Shown here: piece by piece, positions 1 to 14,191 of the stretch | How positions within the stretch are numbered: position 1 is the stretch's first letter | How the letters are laid out: every line of letters starts with the position of its first letter | Origin: a virus | Taxonomy: Duplodnaviria; Caudoviricetes | Length of the DNA: 64,000 bases | Direction: 5' to 3' (one strand) | IMG/VR virus record: IMGVR_UViG_3300025678_000005 | Made by a program: the position numbers and the translations under genes | Notes under the pieces: generated by a model | The model's database searches: none | Told to the model about the DNA's origin: nothing | What the model saw: the letters and a program-made list of their open reading frames with translations, nothing else

Positions 1-360
1 CAATGAACCCTGTGCTTCAGCATGCTTTAATGCCGTCTGTCAATCATATTTTGCATTACGTAGTTTATTTACCTCACTTATAAGTTGTAATGATGCAGAT
101 ACATTTGATGATTTGGTAAATGGATTCATAGATGATGTTTGTATTTTTTGTAATTTAGATACAAAATCATCTATGTCATTTACAAGTCCACCATTCTTTA
201 TTAAATATTCAAAAGTTGTCTTGTCTAATATTCCTACTCCAGATGTATCTTCTGCTTTCTTTGTTACAGGAGCAGATTTTTTAACTGGAGTAGAGAAATC
301 AGAAGTAAATGGAGTATATGTTAAAAATCCACCACCACTTTGCAATTTTTTTATTTTCAT
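1..360 (-). CDS. Cargo/ejection-type virion protein, N-terminal part (runs off the left edge)
   Basis: The listed stop at 40 is TGA and the frame stays open (YDWQTALKHAEAQGS...). Starts MKIKKLQSGGG; lies at the end of the late module. Confidence 0.6.
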
Positions 361-361
361 A

Positions 362-3300
362 CTATTTAAATATTTTAATCAAAGATTTTACAAGTAATTC
401 ATTATCATGTTGAATTGTTTTATAAAATATTTCCATATCCTTCATTTTATAACGAGTTTCAGATCTGATTTTTTCAACTTCTATTCTTCCAGCATCTGTT
501 AAACTACCACCTTTAGCATTTTTTAAAACTCTTGACAGAGGCATACCAACAAACAAAGCAGTATTAACAGTATTTCATTTTTTTTCTAATATTTTTTTCT
601 TAGTTTCTAATTCTTCTTTTCTTTTTAATCAGTTTTTATACTCATCAGTTTTTTGAAATTCTGTGTCTCAATCAGTATGATCAATCGCATATTGATCCAT
701 GTTTGGTGTGGTTCTATCAATATAATCCTGTTTTAGTTTATTAATTAAATTTTCATGTTCTTGATACTCATTCATTACATTTTGATATTCTTCATCATTT
801 AGCAAATTAAATAATTTTTCGGTATTTTCATTTTCTTGTGCTTCTTTATTTACTTTAGAAGTCCATCTTGATGTATATTTAGCTAGATTAGAAATATTTT
901 GTGCATTTACAAGATCCTCATTTGCATTAACAAGATTAATTTGTTTTCTTGCATTTGCAATATTAGCAGTATTATTTGCTGCAATAGCTGCATTTCTTTC
1001 TGCTGTTTTTGCATTAAGTGCTGTTTGTGCATTATTAAGATTAGAAATATATTCTTGATTTGCAGAATTATATTTATCACGTATTGCATTTGCATTTTTC
1101 AATCCTTCTAATTTGATAGATGCTGCCTTATCTATATCTGCAACAGAAGAGGCCACTCTATTTATAGTACCCATTACATTATTTGCCTGTTTTTCTCCAA
1201 GTACTAAATAAGGAGAAGAAATTTTGTAATTTTGATAAGGAATAGATGGTAAAGTATAAACACCTTCAACTACAGCATTTCTTTGATATTGTCCAGAGGC
1301 TTTATTTGCCTTATTTAATGTTCAAGCAGAAAATATATTAGCAAGTAACTCGTTAGCATTGTCTAAAACACTTTGTCTTATATATGATGTTTCTTTCTCA
1401 TTTGGATTTACGGTCTTTCCGTCTTGCATTTTACGTATTTTTCCACCAGATTTGAGTTGAATATTCATTTTCCTTAAGACTTTTTCTACTAATTCATGAT
1501 CACGATAATCTTGATAAACATTTCCTGTAGTAGATTTTACCTCTTCTGGATTAAAGTTTATTTTTACATCACTCTTTTTAAATACATTTTTTACTCCTTT
1601 TTTAACTTCTGGAATTTCTATAGCCTGTCTCTTAAAAGCACGTGTAGCTTTTCAATCTGCAGCCCAATTTTTTCCAACTGCAATTCCTCTCATTAAATTT
1701 GTTCAATCTTCTGGATTTGTATATGAAATATCGCCTCTCGTCTTTGTGTCTTTAATTATATTAAATGCACTATTTGCTGCTGGTGTCACAGTTGCTATTC
1801 TGGCTCCAGTAATCACAATTTTTGGTGTTTTATTTATTAATTCACCAGCACTTTTAACAGCAGCACCCAACGTATTGCTCCCTAAAACTGGAGTTGGAGA
1901 TGATCATATTCTTTTTACGACATCTATACCTTTTTCCAAATCTTTCAACTCTTCTTCGGCAAGATTTAATTTTTTAGCTTCATCCAACAATTTTGCTGCA
2001 TCAGATGCTTCAAGTCCATTCTTAGTTACAAAATTAGTAAGTGTTTGTACTCCTTTTGCATCAGAGCCCTTTAGAGGAATTCTACTGGCTTTCTGTATCA
2101 TTTTTCCAGCTTCAACTCCTTTTTGTGCCATCTTTCCAGCTTTAATTAAATTTTTTACCCCACCAAGACCTATTGTAGATAATCCAATGAAAGCATAATC
2201 CATTAAAGCATCCTTACCAACAACATCACTTCATTGAAAACCATCTTTAGATATTCTATTTGCTATATTAGCTGCTGCTGCAACTGATGCTCCAACAGTT
2301 CCAACAGGGCCTGGCGCAAATGCAGCTAAATCTCCAGCCATTGATAATCCAGTAAGTGCTTTTTGTTTATTAGACATCCCCTTTCATGTATTGTCAATAT
2401 TAATAGCAGTTCCTGTATTTAATTTTTCATTTTGTTTTTTATTTGCTTGTTCTGCTAATATTTTTCTTCTATATTCAGCAAAATTATTACCATTTTGCAT
2501 TTTTATGATTCCTCCAGTTTTTTTAATTTCTGTTGATGGTAAAATTCTATGATAGTCTGCAACAAGCTTATATATTTTCTTTTTTCTCTGTGTATTATTT
2601 TTTACTGTAGGATCATTAGCCAAAGCCCACTTTAATTGGGCAGCTGCCTTTGTCAGTTCTTTACCATAAGTTGGTGTTTTACCACCATACAATGCTTCTG
2701 TTAATTTTATTATATTTTTATCTGTATTTTCAGTTTTTAATTCTTCACTATAATTATTAACATTTATATTTGGAAAGTCTTTATCATAATCAATTACTTC
2801 TGTTACTTGATTACCCAAATCAAGCATGTTAAATGGTAAAGTATATTCTTGATTGGTACCTTTTAAATAGTATTTATTATTATTTCCTTTATAAACAATA
2901 ATTGTTTGATTATTTGGTGTTTTTATAACCAGATTTTTTGTAAAATCTCGTCTACCTAATAAATTTTTTGCATACTGTCCTTCTTGATTTTCTCCAGAAT
3001 ATCCTGTAACATTATATCCTGGAACATCTGTAATAATCTCTCTTCCAACATTATTAGTATATATATCTTGAGATCACACATCTGGATTTTCTTGATGTCT
3101 AGATGGTGTAAAAAATTCAAATCTTCCATTTTTATTAGTCCAAGAATATCCAAATCCAGGATGAAACTGATTTTCAATACCAAAATTAAAAAATCCAGTT
3201 GGCGTTGTTACTAAATAAGTTTTATTTGTTGGATTGTATCATGTTATAGCATTATGCTTTTTAGCTATTTCTGGTCACCAAGTAGCCTCTGGAGATGGAA

Positions 3301-4165
3301 GTCAATTATTATCTGCTACTTGTGTAAAACCATAATTATTTAAAAAGCTTTTTACTTTGTCAGAAATATTATATTTTGAATATATAGATTGGGCCCTACC
3401 ATATCTTTCTTTTTCTTTTAATAAATCACTTTTTTCTTTCTCTTTTTCAGCAATTTTATCTCACACTTCTTGAGTAAGTAAAAACTGATTTGGTGTTCAA
3501 TTAATTTCTTTTGATGTTGCTACAAAGCTATCTCAATCCTTTTTTCCTATTGCTTCAGCTACAGCATCTAGTTTAGATTTATAATCTGGATTAATAGATA
3601 GATTATTTTTTTCTGCATTTTTATTATATCTTTGTAATAACTCATTTGCATTTTCAAATACAAAATTTTTTATATCTTCATTATTTTTAAATTTTGAATA
3701 CGTGTTTTCCAAATCATATTCAGTTGCTAATTTTGTATTATTAATAAAGTCTTCAAGAGAAGCAATATTTATATTACTATAAGTAGGCTTTGTTTCTGTT
3801 TGCACTGGAGTTTTTTTAACATTTTTTAATGCGTTTCCATATATTGACATTGCTATAGACATAGCATCTTGATCATCCTTAATTTTATAATTTTTTGTTC
3901 ACCAGTTGGTCTTTATTTCATCCTGACTTCCAGCAAAATCTTGTTTAAATTTTTCAGGAACAGTATATGTGTTTGTAACTGGATCAAATTCAACAGTTCC
4001 ATTTTCTGGATTTGAAAATGTATCCCTTATTTTAGCCAAAAGATTTCTTACTTTTATTTCATCTTTGCTTTTTAATTTATACTTTGGCAATTCTTTTAGA
4101 AGCTGTTCTTCAAGAGCCTCTTTACTCACTATTCCACCAGGTGCTAATTTTTTTACTTGAGACAT
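362..4165 (-). CDS. Large (~1267 aa) cargo/ejection-type virion protein, code 4
   Basis: Track ORFs 3899-4165, 3533-3862, 2384-2827, 1904-2203, 668-1174 and 362-556 share one frame and are broken at TGA; final stop is TAG. Contains a Gly/Ala-rich hydrophobic segment and a coiled-coil region. Confidence 0.7.
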
Positions 4166-4191
4166 TGTATTTACTTTAATTAGTTAATAAT

Positions 4192-4217
4192 AAAAAGGAA
4201 GCCATTTTCAGGCTTCC
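4192..4217 (-). terminator. Rho-independent terminator-like hairpin
   Basis: GGAAGCC/GGCTTCC stem with a 7-nt loop, followed by T5 on the minus strand. Confidence 0.65.
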
Positions 4218-4229
4218 CTTTAAGATAGC

Positions 4230-4478
4230 CTATCTAATCCTATGCAGTTTTCCACCAGATTTTTGATAGGTAGGTTGTACCTGCTGTTGTGCAGAAGATT
4301 GTACTAATTGTAAAATCATCTGGGCTAAAACAGAGGCTGCTTCGGGGCCAAATTGTTGTACAATTTGTTGCGCAATCTCCATCAATTGTTCTTCTGGATT
4401 TGTCTGCTGTCCTTGTTGTGTTGTTTGTGTTGTAGCTCCAGTGGTGGTTCCACCTCCCTGTAATCTTGTTACCTTCAT
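4230..4478 (-). CDS. Small Gln-rich putative virion/cargo protein
   Basis: Intact ORF with RLQGGG at the N-terminus and YQKSGGKL at the C-terminus. Confidence 0.7.
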   Translation of the reverse strand: MKVTRLQGGGTTTGATTQTTQQGQQTNPEEQLMEIAQQIVQQFGPEAASVLAQMILQLVQSSAQQQVQPTYQKSGGKLHRIR

Positions 4479-4510
4479 TTTTTAATTGATTGATTAATTT
4501 ATTAATTATA

Positions 4511-5068
4511 TTATTTATCTACATACTCTGGTTCAGTATTTTCTTGTATTTCTAGAAAATCAAATAATTTTTCTCCCAGTGTTTTATAATCATTATCTTT
4601 TTTTGTTAAGTATGCTTTTTTTGCATATTTAATTAATTTTTTAGTGTGTTCTCTACTGAACAACCTCTCATTACCCTCTAATTCCATTTGCACCTTACCA
4701 TCTGCATCAAGCAATAACATTTTATCATTTGGATATAATTCCATTTCATCTCCAATAGAAATTCCAGAATTTCTATTAACTTCCAATACATAAGAAATAT
4801 TATCTACTTCTATTATTTTTTCTGAATTTGGTTCTCCATTGGCCACATATACAACTTTCATATCCTCATCTAAAAATATAATATCTAAAGGAATAATAGT
4901 GTCTTTCATTCAAAAACTAACAGTTTGTGGGGGGTCAAACACAAATAACATTCCTTCATTTTCTGGAAGATTTGTTATGTTTTGCAATCCAGTTTCTTTT
5001 TCTTCATCAGTTATGGCTATTTTTACATCATATGTTTTATTTGCAATAGCTATTTTTATTCTATTCAT
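4511..5068 (-). CDS. DUF192-family protein, code 4
   Basis: GL..LPENEGMLFVF...SF[W=TGA, 4910-4912]MKDTIIPLDIIFLD...YVLEVN matches the DUF192 FWMKNT motif. True start is ATG at 5068. Confidence 0.85.
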
Positions 5069-5071
5069 AAT

Positions 5072-6121
5072 TTATAATTTAATATATGGTTTATATGCAG
5101 ATAAAAATCCAGTTCCTTTAGTTTTAATAAGTTCCTTCGTTTTTGAAGTTCCAAGATTAAATGCAGCAGATGCTGCTGCATCTAATTCTTCTTCAGATAA
5201 ATTTGGATATGATCTCTTGATTGCATCTCTTCTACCTTTTAATATTGCTGCTGTTACAGATAAGGCATCACTTCATTTTAAATTAGATAATGTATGGACT
5301 TCACGATTTTTTTCATTATGTTTTGATACTGATGTTTTAGTATCTATTCAAGGTTCTAAAATTTTAATTTGTTTTCCTTTTACATCATCATAAGATGTAT
5401 CAAGTCCCCAAAATTCAAAAGAATCTACAGTAGAAGGATTTTTGCTTAATAATTCTTTTCCACCACTTTCATTATATCTACGTATCGCATGGTCGATTGC
5501 ACCTTCTTTAGATACTCTTGATGCAAGCACATTAACTGGAATATTATATCTATTTGCAATAACTATAGCACTGTCTCTTAATTCTTTATCTTTATCTCAA
5601 TATATTTGATTGTCTTTTGTTCTATTTCCAGTTCCTATATAAGGTAATCTAGTACCTTTTTTTCTACCAATTTCTATATCATTTTTATCGTAGTTTACAG
5701 CGAAACCATCGTTTGTATATTTTGTAAAACCTCAATCTTTTTCAAAAAGTCTCTGTATAGGTTTTCCATTTAAAATTCATTTTTTTGTGTATGGATTAAA
5801 TACAGGGCCAATTGTTTTTTCTACTTTATTGTTTGGAATAGACATTCCCTGTTGTCCCTTAGCAGTGTGTTTTCATTTCCTAGCATTTGCAGCAAATGTA
5901 GCTCTCTTTCTTATTGTTGGATTTGGACTTCTCTTACCTCTTGCTATACATTCAGCAGTAACTTTTCCTCCACAATAATCTGTAAATTTTCCTCTATTTG
6001 ATGGTTTAATATAAATTTTTGGTTTTCCACCATTTTTATACTTTTTAACTTTTGTAAAAAGTTCCTGTTTGTTAAAAGAACTAATTAAGCTACTTATATT
6101 TTCTATTATTTCTTTTTGCAT
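5072..6121 (-). CDS. Virion protein with basic N-terminal domain and possible lysozyme/SLT-like C-terminal domain, code 4
   Basis: Joins 5873-6121 and 5348-5530 through TGA. Contains KRATFAANARK[W]KH, then VSKEG...AASAAFNLG, which resembles the SLT AAYNxG motif. The domain call is tentative. Confidence 0.55.
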
Positions 6122-6188
6122 AATACTTATTTATATTTTATTAGTATTTATTTATCTTTTATAGTATAAATTTTGTTTCTAATATTAT

Positions 6189-7202
6189 TTATTTTACTTC
6201 TTCTAACAACCCAGTTTTATCATCTGTATTAAGCATTATTTCATTCGTAAGATATTTACCACATTCAATTGCTATTTTTTCTTTTTCTTCCTGATTATCA
6301 GCATTTTTATAATCTTTATAGAATTGTTCTAATTTATCAGTAACTTCTTTTGTAAATATTATTTCATTCTCTTCTATTTCAGCATGTTGTATAACATCTC
6401 CACCTTCTTTAAATGTTACAACTGGTATTCCTTTTTTTGTAACATCATCAGAAAGACCATCAGGCATATTATTTTTTCTAGCATGTAAAACACCTTCTGG
6501 TATAACATTTGATTTTTTAGGTTTTGCCTTTTTAACTAATTTAGATAAATATGCTGGGGATAATTTTTGTCCACCTTTTGCTACAAGTATTCTACTATCT
6601 ATACCTCCATTTAATGCATTTAAATTTTTTTGTTCTAGAACATTTTGCATATTTAATGCAGACCTCATATTTTGATCACCTAAATAACTTGTATAATTAG
6701 CACTTAAATTGTATTTATCATATGCATTAGTTAAATTATTTAATTTCTTTTTCTTTCCACCTCATGTTCCTAAGAGTGTTTGTTTTTTTCCAGCTCCCTG
6801 ATTGATTAATGTTTTATATGGACCAGTAAAAATATCTCTAGTACCTTGTTTTTTTGTTGATTGTCCAAAATATCTATTTGCTAAATCAAGTCCTTTTAAA
6901 GCTGCTGCTGCAGCCATTAATGGCGCATTTCCTGTTTGTATTGCTATTTTGGCAAACATATCTGTTCCACTAGAAAAAGCAGATTCACCACGGCTGATAT
7001 TTTGTGCCTGTGGTAAAATAGAACCAATTATCATTTCATTTAAATTTAATCCCAAATCCATTAATCCCTGCGAATTATTTTTATAGATAGAACTATCTTT
7101 TACAAGGCTGTCTGAAGATAAAAATTTACCAGCAGAGCTTATAGTGTCTTTTACTAACCCAGAAGATGGATTTTGATATTTTTGTATTCTTTTCTTATGC
7201 AT
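6189..7202 (-). CDS. Cargo-type virion protein, code 4
   Basis: Joins 6762-7202 and 6189-6668 in frame. C-terminal NVIPEGVLHARKN...AEIEENEIIF...DKTGLL domain recalled from crAss-like late genes. Confidence 0.65.
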
Positions 7203-7722
7203 AACTAATTGAATATAATGTTTTTACGGCGTTTACCAATACATATTTTGTGCCATCATATCTAATTCTAACCTTTAAATATTTATCTCTTATTTTTGAC
7301 TGTTTTAATTCAGTTTGTGCCAATACCATATTTTCTACAGGATCTGTATTTGTAAGATTTGGATCTCTTCTTAAATATAAATATGTTATTGTAATTGGCT
7401 GTATTTGTACTTTTCAACAATCTTCTATATATTCTAAATTTCCCTGCAATCTACCATATTTCTTTATTGATAATCCTTTTTGATATATTTGAATTATTTT
7501 ATCAGATAGTTTTATATCTTTTTTTATATTAATAGCTCTTATTACACTTGGAACAGCCAATCTATACTCTCTTTCTGTAGATACAATGCTAATTGGAATA
7601 TCAATATTTAAATCACTACATGTAACAATATATGGTATTTTTTGAACACCATATTTACCTTGTAATATTTTTTTATATTCTTTTTTTAAATAATCTAAAT
7701 AACTTTGTTCTATTGTATTCAT
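7195..7722 (-). CDS. Stand-alone C-terminal module of the muzzle/tail-stabilisation protein
   Basis: GRLQGNLEYIEDC[W]KVQIQPI...IRDKYLKVRIRYDG...SISYA-TAA, a C-terminus recalled from the crAss-like muzzle/stabilisation family. Confidence 0.6.
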
Positions 7723-7725
7723 ATG

Positions 7726-10398
7726 TTATTTTCTTATAGCAACCACGTGGTATATGCCATTATTATATAATAAAATCACAGAATCTCCCTTTGACATTTC
7801 TATATCAGTAACATTATTGGCGTCTTGGTCAACCATTTGCCCATTTGTAACACTTGTTAATCTAATTGTACCAACTGCATCTTTTCCAATTACCACCATT
7901 AAAGGAAACATTAAATTTGTATCGTTTCCTCCCTCAATTTCAGATTTAGACGCCAAGTCTACCTGTAAAAAAGAAGATACAACAGTAAATAAAAATATCT
8001 TTGTTTCATTTATATAAGAAGATATTATATCTGTATAAGCCTGCCCAACATACTTATTTGTTGTAGCAGAAAAACTTCCTCCAAATATTTTTGTACTTCC
8101 CATTAAATATGCAGCATAAGATTTTGACGCCCCTTCTGTTGTTTGGTCTATTGCAAATATTGCAGAAGAAATGCCATAACTACTACTGTTTCTCTCCTGT
8201 AATAAAGCAACAACAGAACCGTTTGATGCTATGCCAGTTGACATTGAAAATGCCGATGTATTACTTCCATTTGTAAAAATTCCTTCTGAAGTTAATTCAG
8301 AATAACTACTGGAATGTTGATACATACTATTAAATTGTCCTATGTATGACCAATAACTAAAATTACTTGGCTCTATTCCAGCAACTGGAGTTTCTTCATC
8401 CAACCAAGTATAAGTAAATATATATTCTCCACCATTATAAGATACTCTATCATCAGTATAATATACAGCCGTATCTGAATATGCTCCTTTTCAGTTCCTA
8501 TCTCTTACAATTATTCCTGGTTTCCTATATCCAGATAGCTGCATAATACCAACATCTTTTCCTATTCCAACATATGCATTTGACAAACTGCTTTCATCAG
8601 ATTCTTTTTGAAAAATACCTATACCACTCGATGTTGTTGCAAGTCTGGCTGAATAACGATTTGCTGTAGTAGACAGTCTGGATACAACTAATTTATCAAT
8701 ATATGCTGTTTTTGCTAATAATAGACCAGTCGCCACACTATCAAATTCGCCACCAAATTGTGTTCAATAAGATATATCTGTTGGTGGTATTCCAGTAATT
8801 ATAAAAGTAGTTTGCATAGTCATATAATAATGTCCTTGATATTCAACTATATCAACACGTTTTGTGCTGCCATAGTAAGTTTTTGTATTATCATATGTTC
8901 CTCTAAATAATGCTACTGGGCCACTTCCTTCTTTTCCGTCTTTTCCATTTTCTACTAAAGTAATCTGAATATATTTTGTAAATTCAAAACCAGTTCCATC
9001 AAATCTTCTTCCTGTTATATTAAGTCTAATAACAGTATTTATAGTAATAGGTGTTGTAAGAGCATTTAATTTACAATATATTTCATTTCCATTAGTAACA
9101 GCAGATATTCCATTAATAGTAATTTGTTCAGATGACGCCTCAACTTTATAAGTTGCTACATAAGTGAGTTCTGTATCATATTTTAATTCATTTTTTCCTT
9201 CATATACTTTAATAGTTACTTCAGTTTTTGATAAATCTTGGCTGTCTTTGGACAATACAACGTTTTCATTTGATAATATAGCATAAACACTTGATACTCC
9301 TTCCATAGTAGCTCTCACACCAGTATTTACATATTGTCCATTTTCTCATGAATATCAATAACCACCAATAATTTTAGGGCCTTTTACTTGTTGTACATTA
9401 TCAGTAAAATAAACACTATCCAGAAAAGCCGAGTAGCCAGATACTCCTGGGTATCACGATTGAATTGTATTTAAATCTCCAAATTGAGCAGCTATATTAA
9501 ATTTTGTTAATTCTCAGTCATTTACTCCTTTTAAATATCTTTGATATGTTTTAGTAGAAAATATTGAACTTTGTCTCGCAGAATTAGATGCATTACCAAA
9601 AACAGCAAAATGCATATATTTCATTGGAGACACTTGTTTTGTATAAGTATCAGATAAAGGTCTAAGAGAATATCTGAAAGTTTTATTTTGTTGGTCTAAT
9701 ATTTCTTCTACTTTAAAATAACATGTGGCAAATCCAGCAATATATATATTATTTTTTCCATCATCAGAATTAACTGTAGAATTAAGATATGCATTATCAG
9801 CTTTATAGATACCAATACATAAGTCATCTACAGCTATAGCACCTATTTCTCCTGTTTCTAATTTTAATGTAATTGTGTTTGATGATGTATTAACATAATC
9901 TATTATACCACCACCAGAAGAAGACCATGTTGTGCCAGCCTGAATATCTACTTTATTATATATTAATTCTGGTACTGTTAAACTCTGTTTTAAAGTCAAA
10001 GAATTTAACGTTGCATTTCCATATTGATCAACTAAAAATTGATCTGTATTGCCTATGCCAATTCCCTTTTTAAATGTAATTTTCTCCTGTGCTACATCTA
10101 CAGTTGTTTTTGATAAAAAATTATTATATGTACTATTTATAACATTATTTATTCATAGAGCACTATATACATTTGTATTAGTTGGTTGAACAACAGATGT
10201 AGTAGTAATAATTTCTATTGCCGAACTGTTACCTAAATTATTTATTTTTTCTACATAGTCTTGTGCTCAATACTGTAGTATTTTTAATAAAGTATTATAT
10301 TCAGAAGCAGATAAATAGTATTTTGAGATTGGCGGTGTTGTACTACCAGGATATGTTTCTTTGTTTGCCTGTAATGTTAATATATCAAGTATATTCAT
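7726..10398 (-). CDS. Tail fibre/spike-like protein (~890 aa), code 4
   Basis: Start MNILDILTLQANKE at 10398; joins four listed ORFs in frame. FLSKTTVDVAQEKITFKKGI, LTVPELIYNK and GKDGKEG resemble Bacteroidota phage tail proteins. Confidence 0.6.
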
Positions 10399-10400
10399 TT

Positions 10401-13400
10401 CTAGAATATTGCATTAAAAGGTTCACCAAAAGCTGCTAATGGAGATTCCTGTTCAATAGGAGTAGTTTGTTCTCCATTTATTTGTGTTACTATGTCATCT
10501 TTTAAAATTCCCCATTCATATCCATCACCTATAATCTCAAAAATAAATGATTCTGGTTGTACATTATTAGAGACTATTTTTAAATTATTAAATATTTTTT
10601 GTGTACTTGGCAATTCAGCTACAATAAATTCCAATTCAAAAGCATGTTGCTCTTTATATCAATATGTAGGCTGTATATTTCCTTGTTCTTCTATAGTTCC
10701 AGCAGCACCGTGTTTATATATATAATTGTTAGCATTTTTATGTATTTTTGTATTTGCAAATGTATAAAAAATATTGTTAATATTTTCAGAAAATTCAGGA
10801 AATCAAGAATATCTAGTTACTCACTTATTTAATAGTTCATTTCAACAAAAATGTCAACTATTACCTCTATAATTAAATACAAATAATACATCAGATTTAA
10901 ATGCATTATAATGTGTTTTTATGCTATTATATTCGATATTATTAATGGTGTCTGTTTCATATAATTTAATATGATCATTAAGATATTTTTGTATTTTTAA
11001 GTCTGAAATTAATTCTATTTTTGTTCCATCTGTTCTTCATATTTTTTTAGCAGTAGTATCTATACCATAAATATAACGAGATGTTTTTACAATAGAATCT
11101 TCAAATACAGAACCATACATATTAGATACCACTCTTGGATTGGATGGTAATACTTTGTCGGTATTTATATATACATTATCTCCAATCTCATTTTTAACAA
11201 GGGCTCTTTCATTTACTGGTATATATAATATACCATGTTCCATAACAGCAACTAGGGCTCCATATCATTCTACTAATTTTACTAATCCACCATATTCTAA
11301 AGAATAATCTACATAATTTTTAGAAAGAAATATTCTATTTCCATTAATAAAAGATGCTTGTTGTAATATATTAGAATAATATATTCTTGTAGTAAACGAT
11401 GTTTTTATAAAAGGTATATCTCCAAGATCAAAATAATATTTATCACCACTTGTTTTGCTAATTCCTGAATTCAATATTCTTGATTCTGGTAATTTATTAT
11501 TTTTATTCATAGCCTTTAATGGATAAAATGATCTTTTTGTTTTATGTATAGCTTCTTCTTGTGGTCTTGATAAATCTACATCACGTAAAGATAAATTAAC
11601 ATTACTACATATTTTAAATGTTATTCATGTGCCAAGTCCTACAGAATTGACATCTGTTTTGTTAATTTTATCATATCCAAATTCCCCATTATATTGAGCA
11701 TATTTCTTATAAGCTTTTGAATCTGCACTGATAATTGAATAATTTTTAACTTGTGAATCATCTTCATCATTTGCAAAAAGCTTTACCATATAATCAGATT
11801 TATATGTAAACAGTGGTAATAATTTTTTATATGTTAATTGTGTTTGCCCCTTGTCTCCATCGTTTTCATAAACTACAGTAGTTTCTAATTTTACTCTATA
11901 ATTTTTATACCAAGTATACAAATCTACAATTCTAGTATTTGTAGGTAAGTCAGAATCAATAAAGTTTCAATTCATTCTATGAGTATATGTACAAATATAA
12001 CAATCTCCACGATATAAAGAATTGGTAGAATATATATCGCTATTAACAGTCGAATTATTTTTTATAATATTTCATCCAGTTCTATCACTAATGGGAAAAT
12101 ATGGCCCAGGATCATTCATTCTTAATTTAAAATAATCTTTTCAATTTTTCTCAAATGAATATCCTTTCTGGTAAATATCATAATAATATCCCGCTTTTAA
12201 TGTTTTATTTGACCCAATATAAGTATTAAATTCTCCACGTATTTTTGATACAGAATTATTATACCCGACTAAATCACGTATTTGATTAGATGGATCGGCA
12301 AAATCTCCATAATATACGTCTACAGTTTTATAAGGCATTGATTCTTCTCCAGCCCTACTAGAAAATGAATATATATTATTATTTATTGTTTCTATTCCTG
12401 GTTCAATTAATAGTAATTCTGCAGAAATTAAATTTCTTGTTAAGTTTTCTATTTTTGTTGGACTTTCTAAATAATATTGTAATTTATCATTTTGTTGAAA
12501 ATAATTATTTTCTGGTTGTTGTCTTGTTTCTTGTAATACATATTCTGAAGAGTCAAAAAAAGAATTAAATAGTTCTGTTCTTAAATCTGCTTCTGGACAG
12601 ATTAATGCATTTTTTATTACATCAGTATTATTTAAAGTAAATATAGAACTTCCAAGTCTAGGTTTTTTTGCACCATCTTGATTTAAGAATGATTCTATAA
12701 TATATTTATCATGAGATATTGGAATTACTGGTAAATTTCCTTTTTTTGTTGTTCCTATGGCAATCCCTTGAGCTAAAATAGTTGGTATTCTTTTTTGTCT
12801 TACTATAAAAAATCCTTTTGTTGCTGTGGACAGGTTAAAAACTTCATTATCAAACAATACTTTAGGAAAATTAAATTTAATTGCTATTGGACAAATCTTG
12901 TTTGTATTATAAATATTATTACCATAATTAATTTTTATTACTCCTTTAGCATTTCAATCTGCATGTCCTTCTATTGAATAATCATCAAGTATTTTAATTG
13001 CATTTATTTCTGAAATTGTATTAAAAGAAAAAGTAGAAGCATTTATATTTTCTGTTAATTCTTTTATTCCCATAATATTAAATACAGGAGATAAGGTATA
13101 ATCATTCATAATATAGACAATACCAAATCTGTATATTTCATTATTTCAATAACCCAATTTATAATAAATATTGGATGCATTATAATATTCATAACCATCT
13201 TTAAAATTTAAACGCTCATCATATCTATGATTTAAATTTCCAATAGATTCATCTTGAACTAGCTGTGGTGTTATTGCCAAACTTCAAGTTTTTAAGATTT
13301 TAAAGAGTGAATAGTCGTTTTTAGTGTTACCTGAAAAAGTCATGTTTTGACAATTAGTAACTGTTCTAGTTGAATTAAACTCAGCATAATGAATATTAAT

Positions 13401-14174
13401 ATCTTCAACTGAAATTTCTTCATGAATTTCATAACCTGTAATGGTAATAGTAGTGTATAATCCAGTTATCTTAAATTTATCAGTGATTCTTTTAGCTGAT
13501 ATTATATTATCTTTTTCATCGCCAGTAGATCTCGTGTAGTACACACTAATATAATTATATGCTATATCTAAATTTTTTAATGTAAATTTAATACTTTTTC
13601 CACTGTTTTCATTAAATTGCCCTCCTCTGATAAATTTTGGTTGGTTAATATTTCCAATATAACAAACTACTCTTCCAGATTCTGCTATAAAATCAGACTC
13701 GTTTCCATCAGCATCAGATAATTTAAAGTAGAACGTATAATTACCAACAGGCATTTGTCCACCATCAAATACACCAAGAAAATCAACTCCAATAATAGAC
13801 TGTACTGATTTTACAAGACTAGTTTCAGTGATAAAATTGTCTTCTGAATAAATATTAGTATCTATATTACCTTCTCTATCTCCTACTTTGTATTTGTTAT
13901 TTTCTGTAATATAAAACCTGGAATTTACAAGTTTAACAGGATTAACTTTATCATTAATAATAATATTTGCAGAACCATCATATGCTTCTTCTATCATCAT
14001 CTCTACAGGAGAATCTATATTAATATTGGCAGCATCGGCAGATATATTTAAATCTGTTAAACTATTTTTATCTTTTTCTTTTTTATTTTGAAGAGCTCCA
14101 TATTCAAACTTCAAATCTCCTTCATCTGGAACACCTCTTATGTTTAAAGCTAAATTAAAATCAGGTATATTCAT
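10401..14174 (-). CDS. Muzzle/tail-stabilisation protein, main body (~1257 aa), code 4
   Basis: Six listed ORFs in one frame separated by TGA. Motifs YRGDCYIC, YGIDTTAKKI[W], FEFIV...KIFNNLKIVSN.QPESF. Ends in TAG. Confidence 0.65.
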
Positions 14175-14191
14175 AATTATTTATTTGGTAA

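Noticed and set aside
10395-10403. TAG-to-Gln recoding as in other crAss groups
   Set aside because: TAG acts as a real stop here (362, 10401, 22148, 25721); reading through 10401 meets TAA within a few codons.
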